DNA from: Patescibacteria group bacterium
GTDB lineage: Bacteria; Patescibacteriota; SICC01
Length of the DNA: 24,000 bases
Assembly (NCBI GenBank): GCA_009694835.1
Contig: SICC01000001.1
Coordinates: 2,588 to 26,587 of the forward strand
Direction: 5' to 3'
In this document: one piece after another, positions 1 to 9,202 of the stretch
Layout: every line of letters starts with the position of its first letter
How positions within the stretch are numbered: the stretch's first letter is position 1
The notes under the pieces: model-generated
Told to the model about the DNA's origin: nothing
The model's database searches: none
What the model saw: the letters and a program-made list of their open reading frames with translations, nothing else
Made by a program: the position numbers and the translations under genes

Positions 1-64
1 TATTCAAGGCTGGAACGCGCTACAATAAGAATACCGAGTTTCCAAGAAACCTCGAATAACACAC

Positions 65-1465
65 ATGAAACGTTCCGAATTGGCCATTTCCGCTGTCCTT
101 GTGCCGCTCGATGCGCTGGCGATATTCGGCGCGTTTTTATTGTCGTATTACGTTCGGGTCGAGACGACGGCGCTGCCGGTGGCTGACGTTATTCCGTTTG
201 ATCGCTACGCGAAGCTTTCGGCCGCTATTACGGTAGTCTGGCTGGTCATTTTTGCACTATTCGGACTCTATCGCCTTCACAGTACGCGCCGAGGTCTCAA
301 TGAATTCAGTCGACTGTTAGCAGCCGTGTTGGTTGGATCGCTGGTAGTGGTCGCCCTCATCTTCTTTGGTGACATCGATTACTTCTCTCGGTTTGTTATC
401 CTTTTCGGCTTCTTCACCAGCCTGATTCTGGTCACCCTCGTCCGAACCGCTGTCCGCTTCGTCCAACAGCGGCTGTTTCGCTACGGAATTGGCGTTCGTC
501 GAGCCATCATCGTTGGCACTGGCCAACCGGCGCAGGCGTTAGCCAAAGCCTTAACCGGGTCGAATCGCGGCTACGTGATTCTAGGCTTTGTCGAGACGGC
601 CCGGGCCAACAAGCGAAAACTCAAGGTCATCGGCTCGCTTTCGGGCGTAGCCACCATGCTCAAGCGATTACGTCCGGACGAACTGATTGACGCCGATCCA
701 AAACTTCCTGACCAGCAAAAACTTGAATTGTTGGCCTTGGCGGAGGATTCTCATATCGACTTCCGCTTCTCTTCGAATCTGACTGAGTTGGCGACGTCGC
801 GGGTCGACGTGACGGCCGTGGCCGGCATCCCCTTGATGACCATCAAGCCGACACCGCTCGAGGGCTGGGGACGGATTATCAAACGGATATTTGACGTCAT
901 TGGCTCGCTAATCGCTTTGCCATTTGTACTGATTCTGTATCCGTTCATCGCCTTAGCAATCAAGATCGATTCGCGCGGTCCGGTCATCTTTACGCAGAAG
1001 CGTGTCGGCCGTGAAGGAAAGATGTTCAACTACTACAAGTTCCGCGGCATGGTTAATAACGCCGAGAAACAGTTACCAAAACTAAAGAAATATAATGAGG
1101 TCAGCGGGCCTGTCTTTAAAATGAAGGACGATCCGCGGGTGACGAAGGTCGGCCGGTTTATTCGTCGGACGAGTTTAGATGAGCTGCCGCAAGTCTTTAA
1201 CGTTCTAAAAGGCGACATGAGTCTGGTTGGTCCGCGGCCGCCGTTACCGGATGAAGTTAAGCAATACACCCGCGAGCAACGGAAACGGCTCACCATCAAG
1301 CCAGGAATCACTGGTCCATGGCAGGTGTCTGGTCGGTCCAGTATTGGTTTTGATGAGTGGGTGCGGCTCGATATCTACTACATCCAGAACTGGTCGCTGC
1401 TGCTCGACCTGACGATCTTACTGAAGACGGTCGCCGTGGTGGTGACGCGAAAAGGCGCGTACTAA
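65..1465 (+). CDS. Polyprenyl glycosylphosphotransferase / undecaprenyl-phosphate sugar transferase (WbaP/WcaJ-like, initiating exopolysaccharide transferase)
   Basis: 466-aa ORF with N-terminal TM segments and C-terminal bacterial sugar transferase motifs: KRIFDVIGSLIALP, GPVIFTQKRVGREGKMFNYYKFRGM, RRTSLDELPQVFNVLKGDMSLVGPRPPLPDEV, LTIKPGITGPWQVSGR. Confidence 0.93.
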   Translation: MKRSELAISAVLVPLDALAIFGAFLLSYYVRVETTALPVADVIPFDRYAKLSAAITVVWLVIFALFGLYRLHSTRRGLNEFSRLLAAVLVGSLVVVALIFFGDIDYFSRFVILFGFFTSLILVTLVRTAVRFVQQRLFRYGIGVRRAIIVGTGQPAQALAKALTGSNRGYVILGFVETARANKRKLKVIGSLSGVATMLKRLRPDELIDADPKLPDQQKLELLALAEDSHIDFRFSSNLTELATSRVDVTAVAGIPLMTIKPTPLEGWGRIIKRIFDVIGSLIALPFVLILYPFIALAIKIDSRGPVIFTQKRVGREGKMFNYYKFRGMVNNAEKQLPKLKKYNEVSGPVFKMKDDPRVTKVGRFIRRTSLDELPQVFNVLKGDMSLVGPRPPLPDEVKQYTREQRKRLTIKPGITGPWQVSGRSSIGFDEWVRLDIYYIQNWSLLLDLTILLKTVAVVVTRKGAY

Positions 1466-2584
1466 ATGGCGCGAGCACCGCGGGTCGCTCTGGTCCACGA
1501 ACACCTCACCCAAAATGGGGGAGCGGAGCAAGTGCTGTGCGAGCTGATGCGGATGTGGCCGAAGGCTCCAGTCTATACGTTGGTGTATGACGAGAAAGCC
1601 ATGGGCCCGGAATTCGCCAAAGCGGCCAAGGGACGCATTCACACCACCGGCTGGCAGGATTTTCCAGGTGCGGTACAGCATCCCAAGTGGCTACTGACCT
1701 GGATTGACGGTGCCTATCGGTATCTGGACCTTTCCGACTTCGACATCGTGATTTCTGATGCGTCTGGCTGGGCTAAAAGCGTCCGCACCAAGCCGGAAAC
1801 GCTTCACATTTGTTACTGCCATACACCGCCGCGCTACATCTGGAGTTCTGGCGATTCGTATATCGAAGAGACGGGCTACCCGACACCGTTGAAGTGGACG
1901 TTCAAGCAGATGATCAGCTGGTTTCGTCGAAAAGATTTGCGAGCGGCTCGCGGGGTTGATGACTTCGTCACCAACTCCAAGTACGTCGCCAAGCGAATCA
2001 AGAAATACTACGGTCGAAACTCAACCGTCATCTATCCGCCGGTCGATATCTCGAAATTCAGTCTCAGTAAGAAGAAAAGTGATTACTATCTGATTGCCGG
2101 ACGGTTGGTTCCGTACAAGCGGATCGATGTAGCCATTAAAGCCGCCAACGAACTCAAAATTCCATTGAAGATTATGGGTGATGGGGTCGATCGAAAACGC
2201 CTGGAAGAGCTGGCGGGGCCAACGGTCGAATTCACCGGACGGGTCTCAGATGCGGAACGAAAGAAATTGTTTGCCAAGGCCAAAGTGCTCATCAACCCCC
2301 AGGAGGAAGATTTTGGAATAACTATGGTCGAAGCCTTGGCCTCTGGAACACCGGTGATTGCCTACAGCGTTGGCGGTGCCACGGAAATCCTTGAAGGGGG
2401 AAAAGAAGGGATACTGTTCCGACCGCAGACAGTTCCAGCCTTGATGAGTGCTATCAAATCATTCGAACGCAAGACGTTTTCTGCCAGTCGCCTACGAAAA
2501 CGTGGAGAAGTTTTTTCAGCGCCGCGGTTTCGTCAGGATTTCAAGCGACACGTTGATGAAGCCTACAAGACGTTTCGTGACTAG
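1466..2584 (+). CDS. Glycosyltransferase family 4 (GT4) protein
   Basis: 372 aa; start codon abuts the preceding stop; GT4-type C-terminal motif KVLINPQEEDFGITMVEALASGTPVIAYSVGGATEIL. Confidence 0.92.
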   Translation: MARAPRVALVHEHLTQNGGAEQVLCELMRMWPKAPVYTLVYDEKAMGPEFAKAAKGRIHTTGWQDFPGAVQHPKWLLTWIDGAYRYLDLSDFDIVISDASGWAKSVRTKPETLHICYCHTPPRYIWSSGDSYIEETGYPTPLKWTFKQMISWFRRKDLRAARGVDDFVTNSKYVAKRIKKYYGRNSTVIYPPVDISKFSLSKKKSDYYLIAGRLVPYKRIDVAIKAANELKIPLKIMGDGVDRKRLEELAGPTVEFTGRVSDAERKKLFAKAKVLINPQEEDFGITMVEALASGTPVIAYSVGGATEILEGGKEGILFRPQTVPALMSAIKSFERKTFSASRLRKRGEVFSAPRFRQDFKRHVDEAYKTFRD

Positions 2585-2619
2585 CGACTAACGACTAACG
2601 ACTATAGTAGACTAGCACC

Positions 2620-3216
2620 ATGGAGCTTTCGTACTACGGACATTTTTTCAAACGCCACGCACTGTTGATTCTGGGGGTGGCGGTTCTGGTTGCCGCTATT
2701 GCTGGAGGCGTTTCGGCCGTACAAAAAACCCAAACGCAGGCGACCGGATCAGTCTTGGTTAAAGTTCAAGATAATCGCCAACTGGCTGATTACGATTATG
2801 ACCAGTACTACGTCACCCAAGCGGTCGATCTGTATACGACCAACATTGTCAGCTGGCTGAATTCCGGACAGAATAAAGACGATATCAGGCAAACCGCCAA
2901 GGTTTCTGACGCCCGAATCGTTGGCAAGAAGAACGGCGGCACCGTCGAGCTCACGGTTACAGCCGACCAGCCGGATCAGGCCACCGCGGTCCTCAAGGCA
3001 ACCACAGCGTTGATTGCCAGTCGTACCAGTCAGATTGCTCCCGGCCCGAGCCGGAGTTCGTTCCAAACCGTGGCCAGCCCGGCCAGCACGCATGAACAGA
3101 AATCTCAGCCACTTCGTGACGCTGTCATTGGGTTTATCGCTGGCTTGGTACTTGGCTTGGTGCTGGCCTTACTGGTGGAAGCCATGCGGCCACGTTCTAG
3201 CCGTAGTCGGGGATAA
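2620..3216 (+). CDS. Wzz-like chain-length determinant / polysaccharide co-polymerase membrane protein (no kinase domain)
   Basis: 198 aa; N-terminal TM (HALLILGVAVLVAAIAGG), extracytoplasmic domain, C-terminal TM (FIAGLVLGLVLALLVEAM); genomic context in a polysaccharide cluster. Confidence 0.7.
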   Translation: MELSYYGHFFKRHALLILGVAVLVAAIAGGVSAVQKTQTQATGSVLVKVQDNRQLADYDYDQYYVTQAVDLYTTNIVSWLNSGQNKDDIRQTAKVSDARIVGKKNGGTVELTVTADQPDQATAVLKATTALIASRTSQIAPGPSRSSFQTVASPASTHEQKSQPLRDAVIGFIAGLVLGLVLALLVEAMRPRSSRSRG

Positions 3217-3234
3217 GCTGTTAGCGGGGACGGC

Positions 3235-4338
3235 ATGAGAATTGCCGTTGATATTCGCAGCCTACTCTCGCCGACTGGGCGCGGTGTCAGTCACTACGCT
3301 AGCTCGTTACTGTCCGAGATGGTCACTCGTCATCCAGCGGATACCTGGATGCTGTTTTCATCCGGCCGACGCCGCCCGAAATTGCCAGCCGTCTTACGAG
3401 ACACCACGAGGCTGAGGCACGTCAATCTGCCAAACAAGGTAATGAATGGACTACTGGCGACTGGCGCGACCACCTTGGAACGTTATGTCGGGCCGGTCGA
3501 TGTTTGGTTTGCGCCGAATCTCGGCTTTGTTCCTGTTCCGGAAACCACGCCACTGGTGGTGACGGTGCATGATCTTTCATTCGAAGTGGCACCGCACTAC
3601 TTTTCAACTAAAGATCGGTTATGGCACAAGGCGGTCCGCCCGCGGAAATTGTTGCAACGAGCGAATAAGGTCATCGCTATTTCTAATGAAACTGCCAAGG
3701 AATTGAAGCAGCACTACGGACTGCCAGCCTCAAAGATTACGGTTATTAGCTCTGCCATCGATTCAGTCTATGGAAAGAAAATCTCAGTCACAGAACGCGA
3801 CCGTGTGCGTCAAAAATATGGATTATCCAAACCATATTTTCTTTACTTGGGGGCCATCGAGCCGCGCAAAAATATTCCGACGCTCCTTTCGGCCTATCGA
3901 TTGGCTCGGCAGCAAGGAGTAACTGCCGAACTTGTCCTGGCGGGGACTGGTAAAAAAGTAAAGGAAACTGAAGGTGTCAGAGCCCTTGGCTACGTTGACG
4001 AAGCCGACAAGCCGGCACTCTATCACGACGCCGTAGCGCTGACGCTCATCTCACGCCACGAAGGATTTGGCTTTCCGCCATTGGAGGCCTTGGCCTGTGG
4101 TACACCGAGCATCGTTTCCGACTTATCAATTTTTCAGGAGACCCTCGGAAAAGCCGCCTGGCCAGTTCCGGTCGGCGATCCGGCCGCGATTGCCGACGCC
4201 CTAGTACAATTAGAACGTGATAAGAGGCTTTGTCAGAATCTGGTCAAACGTGGTCAACCACTCCTTAAGCGGTATACCTGGAAACGGGCGGCCAGTGAGA
4301 CCTATAACGTCCTTAAAGAGGTGAGCCGTGCGCGGTGA
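3235..4338 (+). CDS. Glycosyltransferase family 4 protein (mannosyltransferase-like)
   Basis: 367 aa; MRIAVDIRSLLSPTGRGVSHYA, YFLYLGAIEPRKNIPTLLSAY, LTLISRHEGFGFPPLEALACGTPSIVSDLS motifs. Confidence 0.92.
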   Translation: MRIAVDIRSLLSPTGRGVSHYASSLLSEMVTRHPADTWMLFSSGRRRPKLPAVLRDTTRLRHVNLPNKVMNGLLATGATTLERYVGPVDVWFAPNLGFVPVPETTPLVVTVHDLSFEVAPHYFSTKDRLWHKAVRPRKLLQRANKVIAISNETAKELKQHYGLPASKITVISSAIDSVYGKKISVTERDRVRQKYGLSKPYFLYLGAIEPRKNIPTLLSAYRLARQQGVTAELVLAGTGKKVKETEGVRALGYVDEADKPALYHDAVALTLISRHEGFGFPPLEALACGTPSIVSDLSIFQETLGKAAWPVPVGDPAAIADALVQLERDKRLCQNLVKRGQPLLKRYTWKRAASETYNVLKEVSRAR

Positions 4339-6334
4339 TATTCGCCCTCCTAAACGCGTTAAACGACCCGCTCAGCCCAGCTCGGCTCGTCGCCCTATTG
4401 CTCCGCCACGTTCCGCTCCGGATCGGAAGTCGAACCAGCTTCGGCCAGCTCCTAACCTTATCGGTAAACGGCCGTCGTCAGGATTTCGACCGAAAGTCGC
4501 CGTTACCGCCGCCCTCGTCCTGTTAGCGGCGGCGGCAGTTGGCGTCCACGCCCGCGACAGTGTGACCGAAACCCGTGGCGACGTGGCCGCCAGCGTCGAG
4601 GTGGCTCAACAATCATTCAAAGCAGCCGAAGCCGACATGAAGTCGATGGACATTGCCGGAGCCGAACGCGAGTTTGGAACCGCGGAGACCTCGCTTGGGC
4701 ACGCTAATCAACAGCTGGCCGGAAAGGGTTTGGTCGGAGGATTGGCGGCTGGCCAAGCCAGCGGTGATATCCGTACTTCTCAACAGCTCTTAGCAACGGC
4801 TCAAGAGACGGCTAAGACTGGCCACGAGCTGGTGATTGAGATTCGCCGAGCTGGTGAGGAAACCGCCAAAAGTGATCAAGGCTTTTTCCGAGCCGGTGAA
4901 ATTGCCCAAGCGTATTTACCGCGGATTGATCAGAAGTTGAGTGAGTTAGATCATCAGCTCGGGACCTTGGAATACCTTCGCCAGCGAGCGAGCGACTCGA
5001 GTAACCCGGAGCTCTCCAGCGCCGCCGCCAAGTTCGATGACGTCTTACCGAGTGCTCGGAAAGCCGTCGGGCAAGCCCGGGAAGTGGCCGGTGCCTTACC
5101 GGACTTCTTAGGTCATGACCAATTCACGCGCTACATCCTGTTATTCCAGAATCCGGCCGAACTTCGACCGACCGGTGGGTTCACGGGGACTATCGGTCAG
5201 TTGACGCTTGATGACGGTGCGGTCAAAGAACTCAATATCGAAAGTATCTACAATCCTGCTAACCAAGCCAGGTTGTCGGCTCATGAAGACGCCCCGGGTC
5301 CGCTGGAACGGCCGACCAACGGTGATCCTTCCACCAAGATTCAGTGGTTCATGCAGGATGCTAACTGGAATCCGAATTTCCCGACCAGTGCCGAGAAGTA
5401 TCAATACTTCTATGAGAAGTCTGGCGGGCCAAGTACGGACGGTGTGATTGCCGTCACGGCTTCTCCAGTCATTGAAATTCTTCGGATCATCGGGCCAATC
5501 GAGCAGCCGGATGTCGGGGAAACTATCACCGCCGATTCATTCTACGAGACGATTGCGAACTATCAAAAAACTAATGCCATCGCTGGCAATGATCCTAAAA
5601 CGCTATTGCGAGATTTTCTTCCTAAGCTTCTTGAGAAAATCCGTCAGGCCCCAGCCGATCAGCAGCAAAAAGTCAGGCAGATTATGGCCGAGTCACTCAA
5701 AGCTAAGGATGTACAGCTTTCGTTCAACGATGATCGTCTGCAAAAGTTTGTAAACCGAGCAGGGTTGGGCGGACAATTGGATGTCGGACCGGGCGAACTA
5801 GCCTTGGTCGAAGCTAACCTGGCGGCCAACAAATCTAGTGCCGATGTCTCCGTTTCGCTGGACCGAGATCTGGAAATCGGTAGCAACGGTACCGTTGACG
5901 GTACGTTGGCACTCACTCGGACCTACGACGGTACGACCAACACCCTTATCAACGGAACCTTTACGCGACTCTATTTGCCGAAGGGAACTAGTGTTGATGC
6001 TACCGATGGGTGGGCTGACTATGCGCCTTCGAACGTCGACACTGAAGGTAACTACACGGTGATTTCTGGCTGGACAGACGTTAACCCGGGAGAGACCCGC
6101 ATCATTCACGCCAACTACCAACTGCCGGACAAAGTTGATCTTCGCACCGGCGAGTTCCCACTGACCTTCTGGCGTCAGGCCGGTTCGAACGTCAATCTGA
6201 CGACCAAAGTGACGCTGCCAGACGGCTATACCTGGGACGGGGTACCGGGGGCGGTCGTCACTGGGAACGTCATAACGTTTAACGAACCGGTCAGGTCTGA
6301 TATCGTTCACCGGTTAACCTTCAAGAAACGATAA
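4328..6334 (+). CDS. DUF4012 domain-containing membrane-anchored protein
   Basis: 668 aa; one N-terminal TM, then the characteristic FLGHDQFTRYILLFQNPAELRPTGGFTGTIGQLTLDDG segment typical of DUF4012 proteins near EPS genes; overlaps the previous ORF by 11 nt. Confidence 0.8.
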   Translation: MRGDIRPPKRVKRPAQPSSARRPIAPPRSAPDRKSNQLRPAPNLIGKRPSSGFRPKVAVTAALVLLAAAAVGVHARDSVTETRGDVAASVEVAQQSFKAAEADMKSMDIAGAEREFGTAETSLGHANQQLAGKGLVGGLAAGQASGDIRTSQQLLATAQETAKTGHELVIEIRRAGEETAKSDQGFFRAGEIAQAYLPRIDQKLSELDHQLGTLEYLRQRASDSSNPELSSAAAKFDDVLPSARKAVGQAREVAGALPDFLGHDQFTRYILLFQNPAELRPTGGFTGTIGQLTLDDGAVKELNIESIYNPANQARLSAHEDAPGPLERPTNGDPSTKIQWFMQDANWNPNFPTSAEKYQYFYEKSGGPSTDGVIAVTASPVIEILRIIGPIEQPDVGETITADSFYETIANYQKTNAIAGNDPKTLLRDFLPKLLEKIRQAPADQQQKVRQIMAESLKAKDVQLSFNDDRLQKFVNRAGLGGQLDVGPGELALVEANLAANKSSADVSVSLDRDLEIGSNGTVDGTLALTRTYDGTTNTLINGTFTRLYLPKGTSVDATDGWADYAPSNVDTEGNYTVISGWTDVNPGETRIIHANYQLPDKVDLRTGEFPLTFWRQAGSNVNLTTKVTLPDGYTWDGVPGAVVTGNVITFNEPVRSDIVHRLTFKKR

Positions 6335-7041
6335 TGGGAATCATCCATTTCATCTACTTTGAGTTGCTCTACCGGCCGGTCTATAACCTGGTGCTGTTTA
6401 CCTATGAGACGCTGCCGGGCCACGACATGGGACTGACGATTATCTATCTGGCCATCCTGATGCGGGTGATTCTCTTGCCGATTTCGCTGACCGGATCCAG
6501 TTCGGCCCGGCGGATGGAGACCATTAAGCCGCAACTCGACCAAGCCGCCCGGATTCCCGACGCCGGTCGGCGCCGTCAGCACACCGAGAAGCTGCTCAAA
6601 AAGAATCACATCAATGTCTATGCTACCGCCCTGGTACTCGGAATACAGATTTTGTTCTTAGCGTTGCTGTATCAAGTGTTCCAGAACGGACTTCATCAAG
6701 ATCCAAATGAATTGGCCTACTTTACGGTTAGCGGGCCGATTGATACGACGTTCTTCGGAACCTTTGACTTGGCAATTCGTAATTGGTGGCTGCCGCTGAT
6801 TACCTCGATCTTGCTCTACGTGATGTTGTCGATTACCACGCCGGAGCCGGAAGAGGGTGCCAAGCTCTCTGACGTCTGGTACGTCATCGCCTTACCGGCT
6901 GCGGTCTTCGTCGTTCTGTTACTGTTACCGTCGGCCAAGTCGCTCTTCCTGCTGACCAGTATTCTCTTCTCAGTCGGGCTCTACATGGTGGCCAAATACG
7001 TCTTCCAGGTCGAGCCGCCGACTCAGCAAGACGCTGACTAA
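6334..7041 (+). CDS. yidC: YidC/Oxa1 family membrane protein insertase
   Basis: 235 aa; YRPVYNLVLFTYETLPGHDMGLTIIYLAILMRVILLPISL with multiple TM segments; overlaps the previous stop (ATGA-type coupling). Confidence 0.88.
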   Translation: MGIIHFIYFELLYRPVYNLVLFTYETLPGHDMGLTIIYLAILMRVILLPISLTGSSSARRMETIKPQLDQAARIPDAGRRRQHTEKLLKKNHINVYATALVLGIQILFLALLYQVFQNGLHQDPNELAYFTVSGPIDTTFFGTFDLAIRNWWLPLITSILLYVMLSITTPEPEEGAKLSDVWYVIALPAAVFVVLLLLPSAKSLFLLTSILFSVGLYMVAKYVFQVEPPTQQDAD

Positions 7042-7085
7042 TCCCTTGGTTCAGCTAAAACTTGTTTTTTTAAGGAACAAAGGAC

Positions 7086-7112
7086 TATACTGATGTCTCG
7101 GATGTTTCCGAG
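7086..7112 (+). promoter_or_regulatory. -10 hexamer TATACT (7086-7091) followed by 5'-UTR hairpin CTCGGA-TGTT-TCCGAG (7097-7112)
   Basis: TATACT with TTGTTT 18 nt upstream; a perfect 6-bp stem with a 4-nt loop starts about where transcription would begin. Confidence 0.5.
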
Positions 7113-7121
7113 CACGCACGT

Positions 7122-7685
7122 ATGAATAAACTCGTTGTATCATTCCTCCTCGATGACGTCCTGATGGGACTGTTCATCTCCGTCCCCCCAGGCCACGTGG
7201 CCTGTGTCTACGACCGTGGGCGCGGTGTCTTAAAGAAGGTCTGGAAACCGGGACTCCATCTGAAAATCCCGTTCTGGCAGAAGGCCAAGTTGTTCAACGT
7301 CCAGACGCTCGAGTATGGGATCAAAAAGGGATTCGATATGGCCGATCCGGCTGTCCTCGGAGACGAAGAAATCCAGTCCAAGACGGCGAACGGAGATGAT
7401 GTTCACATCCAGGGAACTATCTTGTTCAGGCTGGACGAGGCTGAAGTCTCGCGGGTCTGGCAAGAGATTGGTGAGGACTACGTTGAGAAAATCATCCGCC
7501 CGATTACCCGCTCCCGCATTCGCTTAGTTATCAGTCGCCACAATACCGATGACATCATCAGCAAGCGCCGTGACCAGATTGAGGAAGAAATCAAAGGCGA
7601 ATTGACCAGGAGTTTCCAGGAAAAGGGCGTGATTGTAGAAGACGTGCTGCTCTCGCATGTCATGCCGGTACGCCAAACGCGTTAG
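7122..7685 (+). CDS. SPFH/Band 7 (prohibitin-like) domain protein, short form
   Basis: 187 aa; SVPPGHVACVYDRGRGVLKKVWKPGLHLKIPFWQKAKLFNVQTLEY ... RRDQIEEEIKGELTRSFQEKGVIVEDVLLSHV. Confidence 0.85.
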   Translation: MNKLVVSFLLDDVLMGLFISVPPGHVACVYDRGRGVLKKVWKPGLHLKIPFWQKAKLFNVQTLEYGIKKGFDMADPAVLGDEEIQSKTANGDDVHIQGTILFRLDEAEVSRVWQEIGEDYVEKIIRPITRSRIRLVISRHNTDDIISKRRDQIEEEIKGELTRSFQEKGVIVEDVLLSHVMPVRQTR

Positions 7686-7727
7686 GCACGTATTGATGGC
7701 TACCATACAATGAAATCAGAGGAACCC

Positions 7728-7850
7728 ATGTCAGAACGACTTGTTGAAGAAAAAGAAGAAAGTACCGGCACGCTTGCAAAAGCCGGTTTGTTCTGGGCAA
7801 TTTTAGCGATTCCGCTGCTGCTGTGGCGACGGCTGCGCAGGCGACGATAA
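7728..7850 (+). CDS. Small hypothetical membrane protein (40 aa)
   Basis: Not in the supplied ORF track. ATG preceded by AGAGGAACCC; encodes MSERLVEEKEESTGTLAKAGLFWAILAIPLLLWRRLRRRR; acidic N-term, one hydrophobic helix, Arg-rich C-term. Confidence 0.5.
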   Translation: MSERLVEEKEESTGTLAKAGLFWAILAIPLLLWRRLRRRR

Positions 7851-7859
7851 CGAAATAGC

Positions 7860-7888
7860 TTGCACCCTCTACGCCTGTGTGCTACAAA
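7860..7888 (+). promoter_or_regulatory. Sigma70-like promoter TTGCAC-17-TACAAA
   Basis: Located upstream of the ORF at 7947. Confidence 0.45.
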
Positions 7889-7946
7889 AGGTGGGACTTA
7901 GCGATTCAACGTAATCGTTCAAAACAAATAATAAAAGGAGAAAGAC

Positions 7947-8372
7947 ATGGCAGAAGATATTAAGGACGTCAGCACCCGCGGTGCATTGATGGCGATTGCG
8001 ATCGCGACGATTGTTATTGCGGTAGTAGCTAGTGTGACCGTACTCGGTCCGCAAATTGGCAGTAAGGCACCGAAGCGCAAACAGTACCAGGCCGTATTCC
8101 TGACTAACGGTCAGGTCTACTTCGGTAAACTGCGAAATCTCGGTGGCAAGTACGTCTCACTACAAGACGTCTACACCGTGCAGTCACAGGCCGCGGTCCA
8201 AGCCTCAGCCAGTCCAGGCGGAGCCTCACTGGCACTCATCAAGAACGATCAGAACAACCTGATCAAGCCTGAGTCCAACATCACCATTTCATCCGACTCC
8301 ATCCTCTTCTGGGAGAATATGCAGAACGATGCTGAAGTCGTGAAGAAGATTAACGATAGTTCGAAGAAATAA
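7947..8372 (+). CDS. Hypothetical membrane-anchored protein
   Basis: 141 aa, strong SD (AAAAGGAGAAAGACATG), one N-terminal TM (ALMAIAIATIVIAVVASVTVLG). Confidence 0.75.
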   Translation: MAEDIKDVSTRGALMAIAIATIVIAVVASVTVLGPQIGSKAPKRKQYQAVFLTNGQVYFGKLRNLGGKYVSLQDVYTVQSQAAVQASASPGGASLALIKNDQNNLIKPESNITISSDSILFWENMQNDAEVVKKINDSSKK

Positions 8373-8390
8373 CTGAATCGCCTTCATCTG

Positions 8391-8418
8391 AACGCCCGCT
8401 GGTTACTCGGCGGGCGTT
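8391..8418 (+). terminator. Rho-independent-like terminator
   Basis: AACGCCCGC-tggttactcg-GCGGGCGTT, 9-bp perfect stem; short T run. Confidence 0.65.
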
Positions 8419-8517
8419 TGGTGTGGCGGTCAGCCCTTACGGGTGCCACCAGGAACGCGGTATACTCGTGACGATTCAACTGAATACGTAATCAACGACG
8501 GAAGGAGGTGAGTGCAC

Positions 8518-8898
8518 ATGGCAAAGAAATATGTACTAGTACTAGGTATCATTTTCGTCCTCATCGGTATTTTGGGCTTTATTGACCCATTAACACCGAA
8601 CGGCAACCTACTTGGCGTCTTTGCAGTCGACCTGGATCACAACCTCGTCCACTTGCTTTCCGGTCTCGTCGCGCTGGCAGCAGTCGCGGGTGGCGAAAGC
8701 TACTCACTGCTCTACGCTAAGGTCTTTGGTGTCGTCTACGCGGTCGTAACGATCCTGGGGTTTATGGTTGGAGATGGACAGATTCTTGGCGTGATTATCG
8801 TCAACCAAGCCGACAACGTCCTTCACTTAGCAATCGCCGCCTCGGCGCTCTACGTGGGGTTTGCAGGAGATTCAAAACCGAAGCGAGCAGTAGCGTAA
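8518..8898 (+). CDS. DUF4383 family membrane protein
   Basis: Near-ideal SD GGAAGGAGGTGAGTGCAC-ATG; hydrophobic protein KKYVLVLGIIFVLIGILGF...DLDHNLVHLLSGLVALAA; the track start 8512 (GTG) is less likely than ATG 8518. Confidence 0.8.
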   Translation: MAKKYVLVLGIIFVLIGILGFIDPLTPNGNLLGVFAVDLDHNLVHLLSGLVALAAVAGGESYSLLYAKVFGVVYAVVTILGFMVGDGQILGVIIVNQADNVLHLAIAASALYVGFAGDSKPKRAVA

Positions 8899-8914
8899 CT
8901 ACGCTTAATTCAAG

Positions 8915-8941
8915 AAAAAGTCCTTCACTTAGGGACTTTTT
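8915..8941 (+). terminator. Rho-independent terminator
   Basis: AAAAAGTCC-ttcacttag-GGACTTTTT followed by CTGTTTTT. Confidence 0.8.
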
Positions 8942-9101
8942 CTGTTTTTCGGTGATCAAAAGCGGTTATGACCGGCTTTTTATGCCTGTATCCACAGGTT
9001 CTGGGGATGACTGACGACTGAAATTAGGAAGACTCAAGATACGATTAATTAGCCTCAAAGTAGCCATTTATAGCCTTAACCGAGGGAAATTCATTCTATT
9101 C

Positions 9102-9129
9102 TTGACACGTTTTTACGTCGTGCTATAGT
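9102..9129 (+). promoter_or_regulatory. Sigma70-like promoter TTGACA-16-TATAGT
   Basis: Hexamers at 9102-9107 and 9124-9129 upstream of the Rpf-like gene. Confidence 0.7.
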
Positions 9130-9202
9130 TCCTCTTCGTGTGCAGCTAGCACACGCTTTTTATTTGTTTAGCTACTAATTTTTGAAGAGGTAGAATCCCG
9201 AT

